Assembly: GCA_001724265.1 (NCBI GenBank)
Contig: MEDY01000408.1
Span: forward strand, 1 to 36,989
Direction: 5' to 3'
Source of the DNA: Rhizaria sp. SCN 62-66
Taxonomy: Eukaryota
Length of the DNA stretch: 36,989 nt
In this document: piece by piece, positions 25,701 to 33,976 of the stretch
How positions within the stretch are numbered: position 1 is the stretch's first letter
How the letters are laid out: each line of letters starts with the position of its first letter
Position numbers and translations under genes: made by a program
Notes under the pieces: generated by a model
Databases searched by the model: none
What the model was told of the DNA's origin: nothing
Seen by the model: the letters and a program-made list of their open reading frames with translations, nothing else

Positions 25701-28700
25701 ACGCGTCTGCAGTGGTGCCGAACTTGGCTGGTCTCCCGCTGCTCCAGTGTGCGTTGATGTCAATGAGTGCGACCCCAAAGGCGATTTCTTCTTTGACTGC
25801 GCCAATACCTATGGCGCAAACTCGCGCTGCATCAACACGTTTGGCTCGTTTGTCTGCACGCCGTATGTGACGAGCTCACCGGCGCTCGAGGCCGTTGTAA
25901 CTGAGCAGCAGTACACATCGTACTGGCTTAACCCCGATCTCTACCCGCTTCCAGCCACGGTCGACGAGCTGACGCGTACGATCCACCCGGCCGACGCGTC
26001 TGGCGGCCAGCTTGTTGCGATGTCTGTGATCCGCGGCCGCAACTTGGCTGAGCCATACATCAGCGCGGTTATGTTCTCTAACCCCAACATTGACGCCTTC
26101 CCTGGCCTGCTCGACTACGACTGCCGCAACGTTGTCGTAAGCAACCATGCAATGCAGCCCGACACCATGTTACACGTGCAGTGTCTGGTGACGCCTGGAC
26201 AGGGCATGGATCTGTACTTGCGCATCCAGTTCTGTTACGCCGAGAGCATTATTGCAAACGCCTCTATCAACTGCGAGCGTTGGAACTGGAACTGGGACGG
26301 CGCAACTGTGGGCCACCCGGACATGGGTGTGAACAGTAACTATAAGCTGCGTTACCCGGCGCCGTCGTTTGTTGCTTCGTCGCTTTTTTCTGTCACATAC
26401 GACTCTGGCCGTACCGACGACTACGTCATGCCTAGTGTCGTGAGCGAGCAGATTGGCTTTGATGTTAACAACCTTTACTTTGACCGCCCCGGACTACTGG
26501 CCATGTACATGGGTGAGGCGTTTACAGCTGACGATTACCCCTATGAGTGTGAGGTTGACATTGAGCGCTCTCTTGAGCTCTCTACCGTCAACCGCACAAT
26601 TGTGTGTCGCGTGCCTGATTTGGTGAACAAGGCAAACCTGCGCTTCAAGCTTGCGCTCGCAGGTCATTTTGCGTATTCCACGGACCAACTCTCGTACCCG
26701 CAAATTCCTCGCGTTGACTCCGTCACAGGTTGTGCTGAGTCTATTAACAACGAAGAGACAGGCGTTATCTCAACTACGGGCTGCTCAACTGAAGGTTCTG
26801 ACTACCTACATGTTCTTGGCAACGCGTTTATTGAGCCTCTCACGGCCTTTGTTCACGGTCGCCGTTGCGTGATTGAGCAGTACATTGACTCGACCAACTT
26901 TTACTGCCGCGTCCCCATCGGTACCGGTTCAAACTTGACGTTTATTGTCAAGGCCTCAACGCAAACTGTACAGGTCGACAACATGCTTAGCTACGGAGCG
27001 CCCACAATTGACGCTATTGAAGGCTGCACCATGCCACTTGCAGGCTCGAACACAGTTACCAACTGCGCTCGCCAGGGTGGCAACGTGCTTCTTATCCGCG
27101 GCCGCAACTTTGGTTACGACGGCGCCACAGTTACTATCGGTGGCATCTCGTGTCTCTACCCGCAGCAACGCGCTGAACGCGTCGCTGCCGCACCGTGTCG
27201 TGCGCTGTCACGTGCCGCCTGGAACTGGACTGGTCCAGCGGATTGTAATTACTCAGCGATACGGCGCAGCGTCCACGCAGGACTTCTTTTTGTCCTACGT
27301 GCAGTGCACGGCGGGCACATTCGAGCGCGGTTACTCGTGCCAGGCGTGCTTCCCAGGTGAGTACAACAACCGCACGGGCTCTCAGGCGCAATGCACGCAG
27401 TGCCCGTCTGGTACGCACGCTGCGGCGTACGGTTCCACCGAGTGCCTGCCGTGCGAAGCTGGTTCGTACTCACCTCTCGGCGCTTCCACTTGTTACCTGT
27501 GCCCGCGTGGTACATTTTCAGGCCCGAGAGCTGACCGCTGCGCGCAGTGCGTGCCGGGCACGTACGCGTCGCGCGAGGGCAGCACAGCCTGCGCCAAGTG
27601 CGGTGAGAACGCTGAGCAAACCATCGACTACTCTTACTGCCAGTGCAAGGCTGGCTACTACCAGGCGCTAAATGGACTGTGCATGCCCTGCGTGAGCGGC
27701 GGTGACTGCAGTCTTGGTGGCACAACCGCGTACAGCATTCTGTCGCTCGAGTCGTACTCCCCATCTGCAATTCAGAGTGACGTCGTCAAGGCCGTGCGCC
27801 TTTCGATTGACCTTCGTCTCTCTGCAGTCACTACAGCTGAACAGGCTGTTGTGCGTGCACTCATAAACAAGGTTCTGTTTGACAACTCGACGCTGCCACA
27901 GGAACGTGTTGTGATCGTTTCGATTACGCCGCAGACTGTGCAGCCCGACGGCTTCTACGGTGCTCGCGTTGTGTTGCTCATCACTCCCGCCTACTCGCAA
28001 AATGGACTCGTTGCTCATGATAACATTGCAACTACATCAGTCGATGGCAAGTTTGTTTCCTCCGTTTCCGACATTTCCCAGGCCCCGTTCGCAATTGCCT
28101 CGACATCTGGCTGGACCAAGCGTGACAATCCAGTAGCAGACGAGATTGCATTGCTGCTGGACGTTATTATGGCTCTTTTTGCGCGCCCGGCGCAGCAAGA
28201 AGGCTCGTCTAACGCCAACGCCACGCTTTCTGCGGCTGAGACTACTCTTGGTGACGCATACGTTGCTGAGCCGACGCTGGACGAGGCATTTGCGCGCCGC
28301 CCCGTGTCGTCGTTCCAGGAGTGCTTCCACGAAGCCTGTATGTCCGGCAGCAACTGCAAGGCGGGCCACGGTGGCAACCTCTGCACGGTCTGCGAGCCCG
28401 GCTACGGCCGTCAGTCAACTTTTACGTGCCGCCAGTGTTTTAGCACGCCTGTCCAGGCATTGTACCTTACCGCGTCGATTATTGCCGCTATTCTTATCTG
28501 CGCTGTGCTGGCGTGGAAGCAAATTGTCGACGGTCGTAAGTCGACCAATGAGCTACCCGCGCCTGCCGTACCGCTGTTGTTTAAGATCGCTGTCTCAGGC
28601 ATCCAGATCTTTGCCATTGCTGCGCGCTATGATGTCTACTGGCCCGGTATCCTGCGTCCATTCTTTGACGCCATGGACGTCATCGGCGGCCTTGGTACCA

Positions 28701-31700
28701 CCATTGCCACGCTCGACTGCTTTTTGTCGTACAACTCGTCGATCCGCCCGTTTTGGGTGTCGTCTATTGCCATCATGATGCTGCCGCTGGTCGGCATCCT
28801 CCTGCCTCTTGCAGTGCTGCTACCCAGCTACCTCCTAAACCGTCGCAACTACCATCAACAGGTTCGTCTCGCACTTAAAGATCAACGCAAGCACTTAGTT
28901 GTCATGGCCGAGGAGTACCTTGAGTACCTGCAGACCATGCGCCGCCGCCGTGCTGCCGAGTCTACGTTGCAAACGGAGAACAACGTTGACAAGCCCGACG
29001 CCAAGCTGGGCCACGTCAAGCCTATTTGGGACTATGTTGACGAGTCTGCCGAGCTCGGTATCGCCGGTCACAACGCGTCGCAGCGCGCCGCACTGGATGC
29101 AATGCGCGACACCACTGTTCTCTCCACAGGTAGTCGTGTTTTTGGCGATATCCGTATCCACGAGCGTGAAGACCGCCGTACGCGTTTGCGCAGCAACTCT
29201 GATGAAGAGGCTGAGCATTCGGCGGCAGTCTTGGCTGCGGGAGGCTCACGCGCGAGGTCGGGATCTATTGCAAAGTCTGTATTGAGCAGTGCTGGTCCAC
29301 TGGCGCCACCGAGCGTGCCAGATACCCCGAGCGAGCCCGGCTCGCCGCTTGGTCGGCGGCGCGTGCGTATTGTGCGCCGTAAGATTAAGCGTGCGCAGAT
29401 GTCTTCCTCGTCGTCCGGTGCGCTGAGCTTCGGCGACAACAGCTCTGTTGCGGTGACCGACTCAATGCCCGACGCCACTGGCGCGGACAATGATGACACC
29501 GACACGGTGACGCCAACGACTACGGTAGGCGACGCCACCGCGATGCTTGCAACCGAGGGCGATGCCGTTACTGCAGCTTATGGGCGCGTGACACTGCACA
29601 TGCTAGACAGCACGGGCGTCAAGTCTGTTGCGCAGCAGGATGAGGAGGAGGACGTTGGCAATCTGTTTGTTAATGCCGACGAACTTGACTTGGTGCCCGT
29701 TGCCGTGCTGCCCAACGCGCACGCGCACGCCGCTGCAGTGGCTCGCCTGACGACGACGCGCGACAAGAAGGTTGACCCGCTCGCCAAGTACCGTGCAATG
29801 CAGGAGAAGCTCGAGCATGAGGCTGCGCTCTCCAAGGCGCAAGCCAAGGCCCTGCGTGCCGGCAAGGCGTCTGCGATTGAATCGCCGTTTGAGCTTCCCA
29901 GCGACCGCGCGCTCAGCGTGAACAACGGTGTGGCTGTACGGGACGACGATCACTTGGACCTGACTCTCGGCGAGGATGAGCACAAGTCCGACTTGTTTGG
30001 TGTTGATGGCGCTAAGATTGCCACTGTCGTCTGCAACACAGCTGCTCGCGCGCTTGCTTTGGGTGCTGCTGCCGTTAACGCTGATGTGTTTAATGACGTG
30101 TATATTGACGATGACGGCAATGAGTATGACTTGCGCGGCGAATACGGCGCGCGCAAGGAAGGCTTCAACAAGGACGAGGACTTCGAGGTCAACTTTTTGC
30201 GTGAGGATAGCTACAACAACGCCGAGCATGTGCACAATCAACACGCTGCGTTGATGCTTGACGTTGCGCCCATTGCTTCTGACGAATATGCAATGCAGTC
30301 TCAGTTTGCGGCTATGTTGGCACGTTACATGCCTTTCCGCAAGCATCCCGAAGCGGATGCCGCCGCTGCTGCCGCTGCTGCTGGATCTGATAAGGCTGTC
30401 AATAGTACCGACAACGAGAAGGCTAAGCAGTCACTTGTCAACACTGTGGGCACCGACGCGGTTGACGATGAAGACGCCGCCAATATCAACTACCTGTCCA
30501 CGGCCGAGTTTGAACTGCTTTATGAGTCCGAGCTATACCGCGTGCGCGCAGTGCGCAAGGAGCGCGCGATCGCCCGCGTCCGAGCACGTACTAAGCGTGA
30601 CTGGTACATCAAGACGTACGGCGAAGTCGCCGGTAAGAAGATGTTGCGTGAGATGGAGATCGCCGACGATGGCAGTCGCCCCACTGCGGCTGAGCTGCGC
30701 CACAACGTCGATGTGACAGAGTCGCGGTACATGTTTGCGCCCGCAGAGCTGATCGGCTTTATCGTGACGTCGATCACCGTCGTCATGTTCGTTATGCACC
30801 CCAACATCGCCAAGCAGTTCTTCACCTTTGTGTCGTGCCACGAGATTGGCGGCACGGACTGGGTCGGCGCCAGCTACTTCCTGGGCGACATGACTGTGCC
30901 TTGCTGGGGCAGCGACCACACGATGTTTTTCCTTGCGCTGGGTCTACCTATGGGCCTAATCTGGGTTTTTGGCCTGCCGACGTTCGCGTGCTGGTACCTC
31001 TACAGCAATCGCGGGCTAATCCAGATGCACCACTCCGGCGTGTCGTTGGTGATGCGCAAGCGCAAGCTCGCGTTCGAGTCCCGCATGGCCTTCCTGTACC
31101 GTGGCTACCGTACCACGCGCTACTACTGGTTCCTGGCTGAGCTCTTCCGCAAGGTCGTGCTCGTGGCGATCCCCATCTTGTTTCCCGGCGCGGTGCACAC
31201 GCAGCTTATCCTCGCCGCGCTCATTGTGTTCCTCTTCATCGCAGCTCAGGTCTCTGCGCGCCCCTTTGAGAACAAGATCACAGAGTTTGTCGAGTACTTC
31301 TCGCTCTTCAGCTCGTTCATGATCTTCTTCCTGGCCAATTTTCTCTTTATCGAGTCCGTTAAGCAAGTCGTCAAGGACACGATCAAGTGGGTCATTGTCT
31401 TCATCCTCATCTTTTTCATCCTCGCTGTCGTCGTCGCTTTTATCCTGCTGGCGCGTGAGGAGCTCGAAATGGGCCCGCTGCGCCGCCGCATCTACGAGGC
31501 ACACGCGGCCGGCAACGACGTTCAGGTTGTTATTCGTCAGTGGCGTATTGCGCGCTTGCAGCGCCGCCGCGAGAAGTCCGGCGAGGCCGAGCTCAAGGAG
31601 CAGGCCAAGCTGGAAAAGCGCGCTGCGCGTCGTCAGATTGCCGGCGACGTCAATGTGCGTGTCGTTACGATTGACGAGACCAAGGACAAGCGCTCTGCGT

Positions 31701-32047
31701 TTGCGCAAATGTTTGGTGAAGTCAACAAAGCACAGGGTCACCCAACCGGTCTCGATGGCCCTGTCGACGTGCAGAACGGGCTTTCGGAGGATAATATCAA
31801 TGCACTCGACCGTGCCACCGCCGTCGCGGCGTACACGCACACGGTCGCGAACATGATCAACAGCGGCGTTGACGTCGGCAATGACGCTATGACCATCTAC
31901 TTGCAATCGGCTCGCGCTATGGCCAACACGGACAAAGAGTTCAACGTGAACCTTGATGCCTTTGATGACAGCGACGATGGCAGCCAAGCTATTGTCCCCA
32001 GTTCGATCCTCAACACTGATGATGAGCCTCTCCATTTGAGCTACTAA
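4780..32047 (+). CDS. Giant (~9,090 aa) multidomain cell-surface receptor with a multi-pass TM C-terminus; one in-frame TAG (5095-5097) and one +1 frame discontinuity (~27165)
   Basis: ATG at 4780 starts a signal peptide (MIQRHPALYASAVALLLWTLLGLVFA) in the same frame as the 7410-aa ORF at 5128, separated only by TAG at 5095. That ORF passes into the 26945-32047 ORF in the middle of an IPT/TIG unit. Ends at TAA, followed by an abrupt switch to T-rich sequence. Confidence 0.85.
15540..19190 (+). other. Beta-propeller-like (WD40/YVTN-type) blocks in the ectodomain, probably two (~15540-16890 and ~17740-19190)
   Basis: Blade-like segments: GAIALSPDETLLLV, RPRVSQDGRMFTT, LRAIAVVHEWGLFFTAGDVGVIFF, SVTSLALNPVASVLVTGCSSGYLY, TVNDLAFHSNGAHIMVLG. 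Boundaries approximate. Confidence 0.55.
23986..25752 (+). other. Array of 8 Sushi/CCP domains
   Basis: Eight units of C...(F/Y/M)xCxxG(Y/F)...C...W...C, e.g. ANFACSVGYGVEGANNITCTRGGWSASVPEC and AIYKCAEGFVMQSGGASATRVCSGAELGWSPAAPVC. Confidence 0.9.
25756..25857 (+). other. Calcium-binding EGF-like domain (truncated, 4 Cys)
   Basis: DVNECDPKGDFFFDCANTYGANSRCINTFGSFVC fits the DxNEC and CxNTxGSFxC signatures. Confidence 0.85.
25990..27300 (+). other. About four IPT/TIG-like domains
   Basis: Motifs: GGNVLLIRGRNFG..GATVTIGGISC, GSDYLHVLGNAF, CRVPIGTG, CHVPPGTG, CLVTPGQG, and LSYxxP linkers. Confidence 0.75.
27305..27712 (+). other. Cys-rich GCC2/GCC3 (ephrin-receptor-like) repeats
   Basis: CxxCxxG(T/E/S)(Y/F/H) repeats: CQACFPGEY, CTQCPSGTH, CLPCEAGSY, CYLCPRGTF, CAQCVPGTY, CQCKAGYY. 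Confidence 0.85.
28322..31450 (+). other. Juxtamembrane Cys-rich cap plus ~9-helix membrane domain, interrupted by a ~630-aa hydrophilic loop (~28840-30740)
   Basis: CKAGHGGNLCTVCEPGY cap, then about nine hydrophobic segments. Motifs YWP, LDC, FLYRGYRTTRYYWFLAELFRK and RPF are typical of protist 'large ectodomain + TRP/FLC-like TM' proteins. Confidence 0.75.
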
Positions 32048-32460
32048 AAAATGAACAAGCCGCTGAACTTGACTTGTTTTGCACTTTGTGTATTCTTATT
32101 TCTGAGATGCCACTGTGAGACTGTGCGTTCTTCGTATGGTTTCCTGTTTGTCCTGTATTTTTTTCTTGCGAAGAAAATATTTTGTTCTATTTTCACTACG
32201 TTTTACTCTTCTTTTTTTCTTTGTTTTTTTCGATTTTTTTGTAAAACCGATATGTCTTTGCGTTGTCTCCACTTGTTCTCGATCTTTCCTGAGGATGCAT
32301 AACTTCCCACCTTCTGACTCACCATTTGTCGCGTTGCTACTGTGACTACTGTTGTTGATTCACCCCTGAAGATTCATTTGATTTTCTGCGTTGTTCTTTG
32401 GTAAATTAATTCTTTTTTGTTTTTCTGTGTGTTCTATCATGCTCATTTGATGTTAATTTG
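32048..32460 (+). other. T-rich low-complexity 3' flank, probably the 3' UTR of the giant gene
   Basis: Abrupt shift to poly-T and TG-rich sequence right after TAA at 32047. Confidence 0.6.
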
Positions 32461-33976
32461 GTCTCTAGTCGACTCGGCTGCACCCCGTTGAGCTTTGCCC
32501 CGTGTTGTGAACCCTCTCTTGAGCAGTGTTGTTTACACGTGCACGAGAGCACAACACGCTGTTGTTCCGTATACATCTTTTTGTAAAGACATATGATATG
32601 CCGTTATAATCAAAGCCTGAGCAAAACAATATAATAGAGAGGTTTATTGATGAAAATGTTTGTACATATTAGGTTCAATACTGTAAGCTTACGAGTACAA
32701 TGAGTGCGAAGGAAGTATCGGACACCTTTATTGTTTACTGAATGACAATAGCTTTCTTGGCAGACAAAACTAGTGTTGCCTTATAGGTCCGTGCCGGGAG
32801 GGTACAACACCCGAGCCAATTCTTGAATCATTCTTTTTTCGAATATTTACTCCCATTTTCCTCCACCCGCTATCGTTCGGTTTTTTTTTATGTGGTGAGA
32901 GCAACCAGCTACTTCAGTGGACCGAAAAATGTCTACAAATTGCAAAAACTGTAGCTTCTAAGGAGACACTCAGTGGTTGGGCGCAACGCCTATTATTATC
33001 AATTACGCAGCAGGCACATCATTTAATCTCAAAGAAACAATAATATCATGCTGCTTTTAGGTTGTTACAACAAGAGAACTGTGTATCGTGCGTTTGTACG
33101 GTGTTCATGGCATTGTAAATGTCGTCAAACTTCGCCGCCCGAACGGAAAGCGCTTTGCCATTATCATGCTTCTCGAAGTCACTTGTGTAGAGCGAAGGCA
33201 CAGGGATTACAAGTTCAATTTGTGTTTTTCCGAAATGAAAAATGTTTATCTATATAATGAGCAGCCTTGAATTACTCGAACTCCTTTCTTTGTGATGGAA
33301 CCCCCCTCGAATCGAAACTGGCGCCAGACTTACGGGAGGTCAAGCAGACTTATATTTCTTCAGTCGTCTTGGTGGTCGTATGTTGATGAGATTAACATCA
33401 ATGCGCAGAACTACACGTGCGTTAGTCTTTGATGCCGTATGATTGTGTCCAGTTTCCTTCACATGAAGAAGTTCTATTCTCCCGCCCGCTGAGCGACTAG
33501 CACCCCGCTTCGGTGTTGTCGGCAACAAAAATGGGCGTCATACTCACGCGCTAGGAGTTCTAATCTGGCTCTGTTATTTTAGTAGCTTTAAAGATGGCCC
33601 AGTTGCATTGGATAGCTCTGTCGTATTGGAGTCGCCTTAAAAATCGATCTTGTGGAGGCGCTTTCAATGCTTGTCAACGAAGAGTAGCTTGCCACCAGGG
33701 TCCCGACGGTTAAATGCACGATACGTACTCTCGCTTTGCATATAAGACTTACAAGTCGCAAGAGCTCATTTATTTGACATCTTTTTTTCCGTGCTTTGCT
33801 CTGGCACCTTTATAGACTTGATCCTTTGGCTTTTTTCACTTCCTCAGAGCAGCTACACCATTTGCTTCGCTGGCTGTAACCTAAACGCGCCCGTAACGCC
33901 CAAACCCGTCACTTCTCTGTTCGCTCCTATTGGAGACGCGTTCATCCCAAGGTTCTGGACGTCATTCTCAAACGCA

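Noticed and set aside
31016-32035. 339-aa minus-strand ORF and the many other short ORFs nested in the giant gene
   Set aside because: Shadow or alternate-frame ORFs of GC-rich coding sequence, with no recognisable motifs.
26945-32047. Independent 1700-aa gene
   Set aside because: The track start is not an ATG, the first ~73 aa are the off-frame reading of a TIG domain, and the real coding part begins mid-domain. Treated as the C-terminus of the giant gene.
32051-32345. Hydrophobic Phe-rich ORFs after the giant gene, or TAA readthrough into them
   Set aside because: Products of poly-T low-complexity sequence. The abrupt compositional break supports TAA 32045 as the real stop, which also argues against a code with both UAA and UAG reassigned.
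32600-33800. Suppressor tRNA(CUA), snRNA or a hidden TAG-containing gene in the spacer
   Set aside because: No cloverleaf, convincing A/B box or snRNA signature seen by eye, and the sequence is AT-rich with frequent TAA/TGA and no coding-like codon bias.
33791-33976. N-terminal extension of the last gene from the track's start
   Set aside because: Begins at GTG. The first ATG, at 33977, directly yields a signal peptide.
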